Source: a virus
Taxonomy: Duplodnaviria; Caudoviricetes
DNA: 64,000 nt
Virus record (IMG/VR): IMGVR_UViG_2754412319_000001
Coordinates: 15,344-79,343 of that record
Direction: 5' to 3' (one strand)
Below, in pieces: positions 1 through 9,884 of the stretch. Made by a program: the position numbers and the translations under genes. The first letter of the stretch is position 1, and each line of letters starts with the position of its first letter. The notes under the pieces were generated by a model, which saw only the letters and a list, made by a program, of their open reading frames with translations, did not search any database and was not told the DNA's origin.

Positions 1-40
1 CACGGATGCTCTGGATAGGACGTTCTTCTTCGACAATCAT
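1..40 (-). CDS. 5' end of the next tail gene, probably central tail fiber/tip protein J (partial)
   Basis: ATG at 40 (MIVEEERPIQSIR...) just after the gpI-like stop; follows lambda L-K-I-J order. Confidence 0.45.
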   Translation of the reverse strand, partial: MIVEEERPIQSIR

Positions 41-52
41 CGTTTGGTTTCG

Positions 53-682
53 TTATGCGAGAACGCAGTGGAGTGCTTGACCGTCCCCGTTCTGGTTGCA
101 GTAGCCACCGAGGACCATGTTGGAATCGTCGTACCGCTTCGCGTCGACGTTGAACGACAGGTAGTGCCCGAAGTGTTTCACTCGACCGAAAAGGAGCGAA
201 AGTCGAGTGCCGATTTTCACGGTGTTCTGAGTGGAAGGAATGATCAAGCTAGAGTTCGTCGCTGAACTCGCCCCCAGCTTGGGTTGAGGGGCGAGCATTG
301 AGATGATGCCGCCGAGCATCATCATCGCTCCCCCCATCATCATGCCGATGCCGGTCGTAACCATCGTGCCACCCGCCGGCCCGGTCCACCAGAGGATCGC
401 GCCGACCACGACCATCACGGCCCCAATCAGGATCTGTAGGAAGCTGCCGTTGCCGCCCGCGCCGCGCAGGGCAGGATAGACGTGCAACTCGGTCTTGTCG
501 GTCTGCACGAACAGTGCATCGCGGCAATCGAAGCCGTCGACGCGCACGTCGACGGGGTTCTCGGCGTCAAAGCCGGGGAGCTGCTTCAGCACCGTCAGCG
601 CTTCAGCGGCAGTGGTGGCGTGGACTTTAATCGGCTCCGGGTGCCGCTCCTTCAGGGAGCCATGCAGAAAGATCGTCTTCAT
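53..682 (-). CDS. Tail assembly protein I-like (lambda gpI family)
   Basis: N-terminal ubiquitin-like region (LHGSL...AAEAL), Gly-rich hydrophobic middle, C-terminal NTVKIGTRLSLLFG; follows K. Confidence 0.8.
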   Translation of the reverse strand: MKTIFLHGSLKERHPEPIKVHATTAAEALTVLKQLPGFDAENPVDVRVDGFDCRDALFVQTDKTELHVYPALRGAGGNGSFLQILIGAVMVVVGAILWWTGPAGGTMVTTGIGMMMGGAMMMLGGIISMLAPQPKLGASSATNSSLIIPSTQNTVKIGTRLSLLFGRVKHFGHYLSFNVDAKRYDDSNMVLGGYCNQNGDGQALHCVLA

Positions 683-995
683 CGAGCAAAATTACCGCGT
701 TGTTTCTGACGTAGTAGCACCAGACATCGTGCTCGCCAATGATGTAGTGGAACCACCGTGGCCACGCCTGAAATGCACGGTAGTCCTGAGCAGATAGGTT
801 CGGCCCCGTGCGTGGATGCGTGTGCCATGTGGCTGCAATCTGATCCTCGTATTGTCGGATAGACGCGGGGGTAATTTCAAAGCCTATTTCGGGCTGCTCA
901 TGGACGTTTTGGCACTCGACGATCGATCCGTCATTTAGGAGGAAGCCGCACCGTTCGGTCAGGGGAGTCCAGAGTTTCAACAAGTCGTCGTTCAT
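627..995 (-). CDS. JAB/MPN-domain tail assembly protein (split gpK N-terminal domain)
   Basis: ERCGFLL...WHTHP...LSAQD JAMM motif. Confidence 0.8.
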   Translation of the reverse strand: MNDDLLKLWTPLTERCGFLLNDGSIVECQNVHEQPEIGFEITPASIRQYEDQIAATWHTHPRTGPNLSAQDYRAFQAWPRWFHYIIGEHDVWCYYVRNNAVILLDEDDLSAWLPEGAAPGAD

Positions 996-1473
996 ACTTC
1001 TCTCTCAAGTGTGGTGGCAGGAGGGTCATGAAATCGACCGACTCCGCTTGTTCCTGATTCTTCGCTGCGATGTCCGGATGCCGGATGACATCGAGCACAC
1101 GGTTCTTCCACCGGTCGTTCAGTGGGTCGGCTTTCGAGACTTGGCCATACAGGTGATGCAACACGTACTGATTGCCGACGTAGACGCCGATGTGGTTCGC
1201 GATGCCGGACCTACTGGCGACGTGCATCATCAACAGGTCGCCGATCTGCAAGCGATTCAGCGGCGTACTGATGAGGAGAAACCCTTCACGGTTGAAGTAG
1301 TCACCGAGCAGATTGAAGCCGTCGTTTTCCCACGCGCACGGTCGAGCGTAGTTCGTCAACTTCATTCCATAGGTCTTGTCCAACCATTTGCGCACAAGGC
1401 CGTAGCAATCGTCGCGGCCTTCGACGTACGGGATTCCCTCGAACCCTTCGATGTATTTTTCATAGAGAGACAT
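931..1473 (-). CDS. NlpC/P60 tail assembly protein (gpK C-terminal domain)
   Basis: GRDDCYGLVR and NHIGVYVG..VLHH motifs; start moved to ATG 1473 (MSLYEKY). Confidence 0.85.
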   Translation of the reverse strand: MSLYEKYIEGFEGIPYVEGRDDCYGLVRKWLDKTYGMKLTNYARPCAWENDGFNLLGDYFNREGFLLISTPLNRLQIGDLLMMHVASRSGIANHIGVYVGNQYVLHHLYGQVSKADPLNDRWKNRVLDVIRHPDIAAKNQEQAESVDFMTLLPPHLREKYERRLVETLDSPDRTVRLPPK

Positions 1474-1954
1474 GGGGGAACTCCGGTGGGTAAAAGGCAC
1501 GTGCCGGCAGGTAGAACATCTGCCCGTCAAGTGGGGTACGCAGCTCGAAGGTGGCCATCGAATTGCTCATGCTCAGGGTCTTCGACACGCGCCAGATGTT
1601 GATCTGGTAGCGGCCGACGTTGTTTTTCACATCCTCAAGGTGGCAGCGGTAGCGGGTGATCGTTGCACTGTCGGTCTTTCCCTGCGCGATAAACGCAGAA
1701 AAGATCCCGTCCGGGTTGGCGATCGTGAGCTTCGGTCGATTCCACTGGCCGTCCGTGCGAACACCCTCGCCGGCGAGGGTGATAGGGATGGACTCGAACA
1801 CCATCCCTTGCCACGTGACTTGACTCTTGGCAGTCATGCAAAGAACCGTGCCACCAGAGATGCTGTTGAGTTCCATCTTGAATAGATCGACCAGTGCGTC
1901 GGCTGACAGCTCGAACGACTGGGAAACGTGTGTATCGGGAAGATCGGATCTCAC
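1460..1954 (-). CDS. Minor tail protein L-like
   Basis: VDLFKMEL, VTWQG..FESIP, RPKLTIAN, FELRTPLD; GTG start overlaps the upstream TGA. Confidence 0.75.
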   Translation of the reverse strand: MRSDLPDTHVSQSFELSADALVDLFKMELNSISGGTVLCMTAKSQVTWQGMVFESIPITLAGEGVRTDGQWNRPKLTIANPDGIFSAFIAQGKTDSATITRYRCHLEDVKNNVGRYQINIWRVSKTLSMSNSMATFELRTPLDGQMFYLPARAFYPPEFPHVSL

Positions 1955-2343
1955 GGCATCTCCACGAATTCGACGCTGAAGGCCTCCGACCATCCGTCGG
2001 CTCCCTTTTTACCCTTCGGCATTTCGAGAGGCTTGTTGAAACGGACGTTCAAGGTCCCCAACCACGGGTGCTTGTACTGGAAGGTCTTGTAGAGCCTGTA
2101 CGTCTCGTAGAAGGCTTTGAGAAGACCCATGTTGTTGAGCGGATTCGTGGTGATGTCCACGGAGCCATCCGCGTTGATCCCGCGCCACATTGTCTCGAAC
2201 GAGAGAATGAAAATGCGCTGTTCCGGAGCGGTTGGCGGCGTTGAGAACACATACGAGTTCCCGAGCTGAATGCGCGTTCCAGACTCGGGATACTTCTCTT
2301 CGACCAGATGATTCGGAAAATCAAAAGTGAGTGACGTTGCCAT
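1951..2343 (-). CDS. Distal tail protein (gpM-like)
   Basis: 130 aa between tape measure and L; size and position. Confidence 0.6.
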   Translation of the reverse strand: MATSLTFDFPNHLVEEKYPESGTRIQLGNSYVFSTPPTAPEQRIFILSFETMWRGINADGSVDITTNPLNNMGLLKAFYETYRLYKTFQYKHPWLGTLNVRFNKPLEMPKGKKGADGWSEAFSVEFVEMP

Positions 2344-5300
2344 TTACATTTGACCTAGTGCAACTTGCTTGATCAGCTTCTTCGTAGAGCCGCCCGTGAC
2401 GATGTCGTTGCTGATTGCGGCGACGACGTCATTCGGACCCATCTGCGGCTTTTGATCCGGGGCCACGACCCACACGTTGACGTGCTGCGGCTGCTTTTCG
2501 CGTTCAGGCTTCGGTGCCGGCGTGCTCTTCGAGATGACACGATTACCGTGGGCGTTGAGGTTGTCGAGGAAGTCGGTGCCGACCGCCGACACGGCCCCAT
2601 CGTTTAGCACATACTCGCCGTCTTTCAAAAGAGCATGTACGGAGTCACGACCGGGCATACCACCAGTCACGCTGCCGCCCAACACGAAGCGCTTCACGCC
2701 CGCCGAGCGGGTGACGAGACCGTTGCTGACGGAACCGCCCTGGACTGCGAGCGCGGTGCCAGTGGAGGGCATGTCGAAGCCGCCCGTGGCCGCGGGTGCA
2801 GCGGAAGCAGAAGCAGAAGCTGCCGTTCCGAACATGCTGAGGACGCCCTTGATGAGCATCAGCGCGGCCTGCTGTTCGAGAATCTGCAAGACCATCTTCA
2901 GGAACGACACGCCGAAGTCCCTGACCGCCTGACCAGCGGTCTTGGAATGGGTGGTCAGGTCGTCGAAGAACTGGATCAACGCGTTGTCGGTCCCGTTCAG
3001 CATGTTGGCGTACCCGTCGATCGCCATCGAGGTCGCGTTGTGCGTGTCGAGGAAGTTCTTGTTCGCCTCGTTGATGCCCTGCATCAGCGAAAAGGAACCA
3101 GTGGTGGTCTTCGCAGCCAGCTTCTCTTGCAGACGCTCTTGACTCTCGACGAGCGCGTTCGATTTGTCTTGCAGCGAGTTGAGTTCTCCCTGCTGCGCAG
3201 TGCGCTCCGTGGTGAGGCGCACGATCGTCGCTTCGAGGCGTGCCTGCTCCTCCCGCTTCGCAGGATCAGCCTTCGCCGCAGCGAGTTGCGCGTACAGGCC
3301 GGTAGCGGGTGAACCAGCGCCATCGCCTTCCTCGCCGAGCATCGCCGTACGGGCGTTGACTTGCTTCCGCAGTTGCTCGATCTCGCCGCGCAGCTGGGTG
3401 ATGTTCGCCTGATACGTGACGAGGTTACGAGCGTCGACAACGTCCTGGTCGGCCGCTGCCTTGAGGCTCAGCGACTGACGTTGGACCTGGCTGAACTGAG
3501 CCGAGTAGCGCGGATCGCTCATATACGCCGCCGATGCTTGATCGGCAACCACGGGGTACGAGTTGCGTTTCAGCTCGATAGCCTGATTGCTCGCCCGCGT
3601 CTTCTCATCGCCCTTGAGCGTGGTCATGAAGGCGTTGAACGCCATTCGAGCGCGATCCTCGTCCTCCTTGAACTGCGCGGCCTTGATCTGCTCATTGAGC
3701 TTACGCACGCGCTCGGTGTTCTTGTCGATCTGCGAACGAACCTTCGCGTCCATCTCGTCCTGCAACGACTGAAGTTGCTGCTTCACGTCATCTGCATAGT
3801 CGCGGTGGTCGCCAACCTGAAGCGTCGGGCTGGTCTTCTTCAGCGTGTCGATCGCACGGTTGTACTGGTTTTTGATCAGCTCAACGGCGACATCGCCGAG
3901 CTGCCGTGCCTTTTCCGGATCACGGGTGATACCAGCTTGGGTGTCGACTTCTGCCAGCTGCGCTTGAAGCGCGCGCTGCGCGGCCGAGTTCGTCGCCTTC
4001 AGTGATGGTGCGGCCTCGACGCGCGCGTTTTCGATCTTGCGCTGGATGTCGTTCTGCGCAACCTTCAGTCGATCGATCTGCGCGCGCAGGAACGACTTCT
4101 GGATCTCGTCGTCAGACGCGTCCAGCTGGCCCTGGAGCTGACGCATGAGCTGGCTGTTGGCCGCGCCTTGGGACGCCAGATCCGGGTTGTTCAGCAGGCT
4201 CTGGTAGCGGCCGAACGCGCCAGCGCCGCTGCCGATGCGCTGCACATAGTTGCGCGTCTCGGGCTTGAGCGCGTTGACGAACTCCGTCTCGGTCACGCCG
4301 GTCGGGTTGCGGAAGTCCATCGAGCGCCCATCCGCGCTCGTGGTGGCCAGCAGCTTGTCGACGTAACCGGGACCGCCGTTGTAGGCCGCGAGGGCGAGCG
4401 TCGAGTTGTTGCCGTACTTCTTCAACTGCGCGTTGAGGTACGCGCGGCCGATCGCCTCGTTGTACGTAGCGTCGTTCCGGTAGCGATTGTCATCCCAAGG
4501 CAGGCCGGCCAGCCGTGCCGCTTCCGGCGCGGTGTCAGGCATCACCTGGGCGATGCCGATTGCGCCCTTGCTGGAAGTGATAGGACGCCCGCTGGCGTCG
4601 AACTGCCGGTTGCCGCTCTCCTGCGTCTTCAGGGCCGTCCAGAGCGCGTCCAGACGCGACTCCGGGGAGCCGAGCACACCGGTCGTGCGCGTGACCGCCG
4701 CCGTGACCGCGTTGGCAATCTCGCGAGCGTCCGGGTTGGAGTTGGCGTAGCGCTGGCTCGCGAGGGACGTGTTCGCACGGTCCAGATCGTGCTGGTAGCC
4801 CTGCGCCGTTTGCAAGCCGTTTGTAACCTTTTGGAGATTCGCGAGAAGGTTGGACAGTGCCTGCTCCTCGGCGTACGAGTTCGCCTTTTCAGCGTCCGAG
4901 ATCCCCGGCACGGCACGCGCTTGAATCGTCTTTGCGATCGCCGTATTGACGGCCGTTGCAAAGGCCCGCTGCGCGTCCAGATCGCGCGGTTGACCGTTGA
5001 TGCCAGCTGCGTCCACCAAGCCCGCCTGAACGTTGCCAGACACGTCTGCGCCGGCATCCTTCAGGTACTGAATGATTGCCGGGATGGTGTTCTTGCTCAC
5101 GCCCTCGTCGATCGGCAGGTATCCGGCCGACCGCTTGCCCCCCGGCAGCGCATTGAAGCGGGTCGGCTCATACCCGGACAATCCAGTCTCGTCCATCGTA
5201 CCGACACCGGGGGTGCTCATTCCCGGCGCGCGTTCGAGCTTGTCGCGCGGCCCGGAAAATGCCCCCTTCTGGAAGTCGCCAGCGGCTTGGCCAGCGGTTT

Positions 5301-8199
5301 CCTTCGCACGCTCAACCATAACGTCGAGCTGCGCGCCGAGCACGCTCGTGTTCATCTCGTAGCGTTTGCCCAGCTCGCCTTGCAGTTGTTGCAGTTTGGC
5401 GATCAGGTCTTCGGTCTTGCTGATCGCGCTCTTGTCGAGCGTCACACCGTACTTTTCGAACTGCGCGCTTACGTCGTCGATCTCGCGCTTGAGCTGTTCC
5501 GGGTGCTCGTTGAGCGCGGCCATCTTGTAGCGCAGGGTATCGATCTGCTGGCCGATGCTGTCGTACGACTGCTTCGACGAGGTCACGGCATCCTTCGCAG
5601 CGTTGACAGCCGTACGCTGGTCCTCGAAGGCCTGCTTCGAGTCATTCAGCTTGTTGACGAGGTAGACGACGCCGGCCGTTAGGCCTGCGATGGCCCCGAG
5701 CACAAGGCCGACCTGACCGCCCATCGCGGCGAGACCAGCTGCGGCTTCGAAACCCCCGAACGTCATGCCCGCGATGCCGCCGAGCAGCCCACCGACGTAC
5801 TTCAGGCCGACCGCGAGCGCTCCGGTGCCGATCAACGTGCCGACCGTCTCCGTGACCCCCGCGTAGTTCTTCAGTGCGGTCTCGGCGCTCGACGTGAGGT
5901 CGAGCAGGTGCTTCAGGCCGTCGAGCAGTGGCGTGAAACCTTCGCCGACCAGGAGCGACGTCTGGTTCTTGAAGCGGTCGTACTGCGCGCCGAGCGTTTC
6001 CATCTGCTCGGCATTGGCGCGAACTGCGGCATCCGTGTGGTTGAGCGTCGACGAAAAGTCGTTCATCTCGGCCAGATTGCCCGAGAGCGCCGTGAAGGCC
6101 GATGCGCTGCGCGCCTCGAACGCCTGCATGGCGTCGGCGGCAGTGAATCCCGCGTCCTTCAGGTTTTTCAGCGCGCCATACAGACCTTGCGACTTGACGT
6201 TGATGTCTTCCTGCGTGAGACCCAGCTGATCCAGCGTCGCCTTGAACTTCTGGCTCGGCTTTTCGAGGTCGATCAACAGTTGACGCAGTCCACCACCGAG
6301 CGTCGCACCAGAGGCCGTACCAGTGTTCGTGATGGCCACTGTCGCCGACAGCATTTCCTTGAATGAGACACCAGCTTCGCTCGCGGTCTCACCAGCCGTT
6401 TCGATCGACGTCTTCAGCTTGTCCATCGTCAAGCGCGACGAGTTGACCGCCTGAGCGATCATGTTCGTAACCTGGACGGTATCGCTTGCCGAGATCTTGA
6501 ACGCGCCGAGCGAGCCTGTGACGGTGTCAACCGTCTTGTTGAAGTCTTCGCCGGTTGCGGTGGCGAGGTCAGCCACACCACGCAGCGCGACGCCGAGCTG
6601 GTTGGTGGTGACGCCGGTCTCCGACAGGGCGGCAGCGGCCTTGGTCAGATCCGTGGCGCTGTACCGAGTCGCATTCGAGACAGTCTCGATGGTCGCGGCG
6701 AGCGAGGCGAGTTGAAGATCGGTCGCGGACGTGATCGTCTTCAGGTGCGCCAGCGCTTCTTCGTACTGGATCGTGTTCTGCAACGCCGACGAGAACGCGG
6801 TCTGTACACCACGGGTTACGCTGTAGTTGGCGAGGAGGGCGGTCTGCGTCAGCGCGATCGAGGCCCCACCGTCGCCAAAGGTCTGGCGATAGCGACGAGC
6901 GCGCGTGGCCGCATCCTGTTGATCCTGGTATTCCGGGCTTGAACGCAGGGCAGCGGCTTCCTGTTGCGCCGTGCGCTTTGCGTCTTCCACCTGCGCCGCG
7001 CGCAATTGACGCTCGAACGTTGCGTCTGCTTGCTGTTGGCGACGACGGTCCTCACGAATGGCGTTATCCCAGTCGTCGAGGAATTGCTTCTCCTTTGCCT
7101 TGTCGCGTCGGAGGTTTTCCAGGTGGGCGGCATCCCACTCGGAGTTGAAGCGAGCTTCCGCCGCCTTGTCCCGCTTCAGGTTTTCGAGATGCGCCGCGTT
7201 CCACGTCTTGTCGAACGCTGCCTCGGCGTCGCGCGTGCGTTTGTGATCCTCAACCTGCGCGGAGCGCAGTTGACGTTCGAACGCGACGTCAGCGCGTTGC
7301 GTGCGCTGACGGTCTTCGACGATGGCCTGATTCCATGCCTTCTCGATCGCGGCCTGCCGGCTGCGCTCCTCGGTCAGCGCGGCGGTCCAGTCCTTTTCGA
7401 GCTGCTTGCGCTCGTCGCTCAGGGTCTTCGCCGCCTCGCGCTCGGCGCGCTGCTGCGCGCCGACCGTCGCGCGCAGCGAGGTCGCGAGATCCGCCTTGTC
7501 GGCGCTCACGATCGCGAGCTGGGCCTGCGCGACGTCGACGTTCTGGCCGCTGTCCAGCGCGCGGCCGAGGCGCACGCGCGCGCCGCGCTCGCGCAGATCA
7601 ATTTCCTGCTTCAGCTGGTCGAGACGCTGCTGACCATCGCGCATGTCGCGTTTGGCCGCGGCCTGCGTCGCGGTATCGCTGTCGACGATCGCTTGCTTGT
7701 AGCGCTGCTGGGCTTCGGTGATCCGCGCGGTGATCTCGTAGATCCGCGTTGCGGCGCTCATCTGCGACGTCGAGTATTCGCGGTTCGCCTCTTGGGCGAC
7801 CTGAAGCTGTCTCTCAAGGAGGACGCGGCGCTCGGCCGCGGCGTTGAGCGCGGTCAGCTGTTCGAGCTGCGCGCGATTGTCGGAGCCGAAGAGCGCCTGC
7901 GAGCGCGTGCCTTGCACCAGTGCTTGGTTGATCTGCGCCTGTGGCCCGCCCGAGCGCACGGTAGCGAGCATGGTTCGCATGTCGCGCTGAAGGCCACCGA
8001 TCGCGGCCAGGATGTTGGACTGACTCGGATCGGTGGAAGAGACACCGGGGATGGAGATCTGCTTCGCGATCCCACTGATGTCGTTGAGGCGCTTGAAGAT
8101 CTCGGTGAGGAGGGTCGAGAGGGACTGCGCGTCCTGAAAGATCTTCGGACCAAGGGATAGGTCCAGTTGCCCTTGTTGTACTTGATTCTCGCCCGCCAT
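2344..8199 (-). CDS. Tail tape measure protein with TP901-like core, SLT lytic transglycosylase domain and lambda-type C-terminal domain
   Basis: 1951 aa, Ala/Gln-rich helical; QESGNRQ...GAIGIAQVMPDTA...ALAAYNGGPG; GGSVTGGMPGRDSVHALLKDGEYV. Confidence 0.92.
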   Translation of the reverse strand: MAGENQVQQGQLDLSLGPKIFQDAQSLSTLLTEIFKRLNDISGIAKQISIPGVSSTDPSQSNILAAIGGLQRDMRTMLATVRSGGPQAQINQALVQGTRSQALFGSDNRAQLEQLTALNAAAERRVLLERQLQVAQEANREYSTSQMSAATRIYEITARITEAQQRYKQAIVDSDTATQAAAKRDMRDGQQRLDQLKQEIDLRERGARVRLGRALDSGQNVDVAQAQLAIVSADKADLATSLRATVGAQQRAEREAAKTLSDERKQLEKDWTAALTEERSRQAAIEKAWNQAIVEDRQRTQRADVAFERQLRSAQVEDHKRTRDAEAAFDKTWNAAHLENLKRDKAAEARFNSEWDAAHLENLRRDKAKEKQFLDDWDNAIREDRRRQQQADATFERQLRAAQVEDAKRTAQQEAAALRSSPEYQDQQDAATRARRYRQTFGDGGASIALTQTALLANYSVTRGVQTAFSSALQNTIQYEEALAHLKTITSATDLQLASLAATIETVSNATRYSATDLTKAAAALSETGVTTNQLGVALRGVADLATATGEDFNKTVDTVTGSLGAFKISASDTVQVTNMIAQAVNSSRLTMDKLKTSIETAGETASEAGVSFKEMLSATVAITNTGTASGATLGGGLRQLLIDLEKPSQKFKATLDQLGLTQEDINVKSQGLYGALKNLKDAGFTAADAMQAFEARSASAFTALSGNLAEMNDFSSTLNHTDAAVRANAEQMETLGAQYDRFKNQTSLLVGEGFTPLLDGLKHLLDLTSSAETALKNYAGVTETVGTLIGTGALAVGLKYVGGLLGGIAGMTFGGFEAAAGLAAMGGQVGLVLGAIAGLTAGVVYLVNKLNDSKQAFEDQRTAVNAAKDAVTSSKQSYDSIGQQIDTLRYKMAALNEHPEQLKREIDDVSAQFEKYGVTLDKSAISKTEDLIAKLQQLQGELGKRYEMNTSVLGAQLDVMVERAKETAGQAAGDFQKGAFSGPRDKLERAPGMSTPGVGTMDETGLSGYEPTRFNALPGGKRSAGYLPIDEGVSKNTIPAIIQYLKDAGADVSGNVQAGLVDAAGINGQPRDLDAQRAFATAVNTAIAKTIQARAVPGISDAEKANSYAEEQALSNLLANLQKVTNGLQTAQGYQHDLDRANTSLASQRYANSNPDAREIANAVTAAVTRTTGVLGSPESRLDALWTALKTQESGNRQFDASGRPITSSKGAIGIAQVMPDTAPEAARLAGLPWDDNRYRNDATYNEAIGRAYLNAQLKKYGNNSTLALAAYNGGPGYVDKLLATTSADGRSMDFRNPTGVTETEFVNALKPETRNYVQRIGSGAGAFGRYQSLLNNPDLASQGAANSQLMRQLQGQLDASDDEIQKSFLRAQIDRLKVAQNDIQRKIENARVEAAPSLKATNSAAQRALQAQLAEVDTQAGITRDPEKARQLGDVAVELIKNQYNRAIDTLKKTSPTLQVGDHRDYADDVKQQLQSLQDEMDAKVRSQIDKNTERVRKLNEQIKAAQFKEDEDRARMAFNAFMTTLKGDEKTRASNQAIELKRNSYPVVADQASAAYMSDPRYSAQFSQVQRQSLSLKAAADQDVVDARNLVTYQANITQLRGEIEQLRKQVNARTAMLGEEGDGAGSPATGLYAQLAAAKADPAKREEQARLEATIVRLTTERTAQQGELNSLQDKSNALVESQERLQEKLAAKTTTGSFSLMQGINEANKNFLDTHNATSMAIDGYANMLNGTDNALIQFFDDLTTHSKTAGQAVRDFGVSFLKMVLQILEQQAALMLIKGVLSMFGTAASASASAAPAATGGFDMPSTGTALAVQGGSVSNGLVTRSAGVKRFVLGGSVTGGMPGRDSVHALLKDGEYVLNDGAVSAVGTDFLDNLNAHGNRVISKSTPAPKPEREKQPQHVNVWVVAPDQKPQMGPNDVVAAISNDIVTGGSTKKLIKQVALGQM
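6960..7400 (-). repeat. Degenerate peptide repeats within the tape measure (FERQLR.AQVED.KR; W.AAHLENL.RDKA)
   Basis: Repeated units with periodic Trp/Phe visible in the translation. Confidence 0.6.
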
Positions 8200-8609
8200 T
8201 TATCGTTTCCCGAAGACTGCTGCCAACCGGCGTTGGGCGTCCGCGAAGTCTTTGGGCACGTTTTCTTGGGAGGATTCGGATGTGCTCGAAGCAGTCCCTG
8301 TGCCGAGGACTTCGGAGAGAAGGATCGCCAACGTCTGGAACTGTTGCACGTGGTTTGCTTGGCGTTCGCCGAGCTTCAACCGTGTGCGGATTTTAATGTC
8401 CTCGCGACTGTACTTCCAGAAAATAATAGGCAGTGCAGAAGGCACCGTTTCGAATGCCCAGCACACTGCCTCGCTGAAGGTGAGATCGCGGAACCAGTCC
8501 GTGTATGCGGTTAGCTTGCCGGGCTTTCGGCCAGCTCTTTCAGGGCCTTCAACCGGCTTTCCTTGTCCTTGTGCCCCATGACGATTCTCTCCATCGTCCG
8601 GACGAAAAA
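8200..8609 (-). CDS. Tail assembly chaperone GT, the C-terminal (T) part reached by -1 frameshift
   Basis: The -1 frame opens right after a TGA at the T-TTT-TTC slippery site and stays open to the stop at 8200. Confidence 0.75.
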
Positions 8610-8912
8610 ATCAGTTGCGTGCTGCGATACCCAATCGAGCAGACGTTCACCATCTTCGATGGACATCTCGATTCGATTGACGTTGATCGGCTTGACGACG
8701 TTACCTTCTTCGTCGCGATCGGAAAGCACGACCATCAAGGCGAAGTCGCGCAGTTGAGAGTTGGCGGTGACTTGCAACGCGCCTTGAGCATCGCCAATGC
8801 CACGGCAAAGTTCGTTGAGCAAGCCAAAGGACATGAACAAGCTCTTCTTCTCGCCGGCCAGGGTGATTTCGAGTTTGGCGGAAGGGGCTTGTCGCGTGGT
8901 GGTGGTCGACAT
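8511..8912 (-). CDS. Tail assembly chaperone G
   Basis: Between tail tube and tape measure; contains slippery heptamer at 8604-8610. Confidence 0.75.
   Translation of the reverse strand: MSTTTTRQAPSAKLEITLAGEKKSLFMSFGLLNELCRGIGDAQGALQVTANSQLRDFALMVVLSDRDEEGNVVKPINVNRIEMSIEDGERLLDWVSQHATDFFVRTMERIVMGHKDKESRLKALKELAESPAS
8604..8610 (-). other. -1 ribosomal frameshift slippery site T TTT TTC
   Basis: X XXY YYZ heptamer in the G frame (GAT TTT TTC). Confidence 0.75.
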
Positions 8913-8925
8913 GTTTCGGTTCCCT

Positions 8926-8962
8926 AATGAAAAATCCCCACGATTATGAGTCGCGGGGATTG
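8926..8962 (-). terminator. Rho-independent terminator after the tail tube gene
   Basis: ATCCCC..CGA/TCG..GGGGAT stem followed by a T-run on the minus strand. Confidence 0.6.
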
Positions 8963-8971
8963 GTGCTTCAA
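8943..8971 (-). promoter_or_regulatory. Sigma70-like promoter TTGAAG-17-CATAAT upstream of G, overlapping the terminator hairpin
   Basis: Exact 17-nt spacer. Confidence 0.45.
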
Positions 8972-8997
8972 GGTTTTTCTCCGTACCGGATTGAACC

Positions 8998-9789
8998 TTA
9001 GTTTGCCGACGCCAGCATCGCTTGCCCGAACGGCAGGAAGTCGTCGTAGAACGGGTCCGTCGAGACCAGATCGTACGGCTGGAACTTGTACGGCAGGTTG
9101 CCGAACGCGTCGGTCTTGAACGCCAGCGTGAAGCCTCCCGTGATACGGATCTTCGGGATCAGCAGCGCAACCGGCGTGTTGTCGGCGAGGTTGCCGACCA
9201 CCTTCGCGGCGAGGAACGGCTGGTTGGCCTTCGAGCCGATACCCACCACGTTCACCTTCTGGACCACCGTGCCGATCGGCAGCTGGTAGTCGAACTTCTG
9301 CGAGCTGACGACTTGCAGCGTCTTCGCCGTCGAGTCGATGGCCTTGACCTTGGCGACGAGCATCCGGTCGCTGTAACCCGGCACGACCGCTTGAATCCAG
9401 TCGCCGACTGCGAAGCCCGTGGCCGACGTGACGGGCAGCGTGTCCGCGCCCGCGGCGTTCGCCGGCACGTCGGCGTTCAGCGTGGTCTTGATCGTCGACG
9501 GGGTCAGCGCCGAGCCGTCGAGACCGAGGCCGTATGCGAGGTTCTTCGACGTGTGCTCGAACACTTCCATCGTGGCGGTCACGGGGTTGCCCGTCATCAC
9601 CGAGTACACGACACTGTTCTTCACGCCCTGCGTCAGCTCGGTGTACGCCGGCTGGCCGCTGATCGTGAAGTTCTTCACGAGGCCGATCGAGTGCTCGTCG
9701 GGATTGAGGTTGAACAGGTCAGTTTGGGGGCCGATCATCACGGTGGCCGACCCCAGCATGAACTTTTCGGACTTTGCTTCACCAGCCAT
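8998..9789 (-). CDS. Major tail (tube) protein
   Basis: KFMLGSATVMIG...IGLVKN...TATMEVFE; start MAGEAKS at 9789; upstream of chaperones and followed by a terminator. Confidence 0.75.
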   Translation of the reverse strand: MAGEAKSEKFMLGSATVMIGPQTDLFNLNPDEHSIGLVKNFTISGQPAYTELTQGVKNSVVYSVMTGNPVTATMEVFEHTSKNLAYGLGLDGSALTPSTIKTTLNADVPANAAGADTLPVTSATGFAVGDWIQAVVPGYSDRMLVAKVKAIDSTAKTLQVVSSQKFDYQLPIGTVVQKVNVVGIGSKANQPFLAAKVVGNLADNTPVALLIPKIRITGGFTLAFKTDAFGNLPYKFQPYDLVSTDPFYDDFLPFGQAMLASAN

Positions 9790-9823
9790 CGTTAGTTCTC
9801 CGGTTGAAAATTCTGGTGGGGCG

Positions 9824-9852
9824 ATCGTACGTGTGATACCTTCGCGAATCAA
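9824..9852 (-). promoter_or_regulatory. Sigma70-like promoter TTGATT-17-TACGAT for the tail tube gene
   Basis: Exact 17-nt spacer in the intergenic region. Confidence 0.55.
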
Positions 9853-9884
9853 AGGTTTTTATTGGTATATGGAGGAACCACACG

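Noticed and set aside
8545-8565. Lambda-like GGAAAG in G as the frameshift site
   Set aside because: Not in X XXY YYZ register in the G frame; T TTT TTC at 8604-8610 fits and marks the opening of the -1 frame
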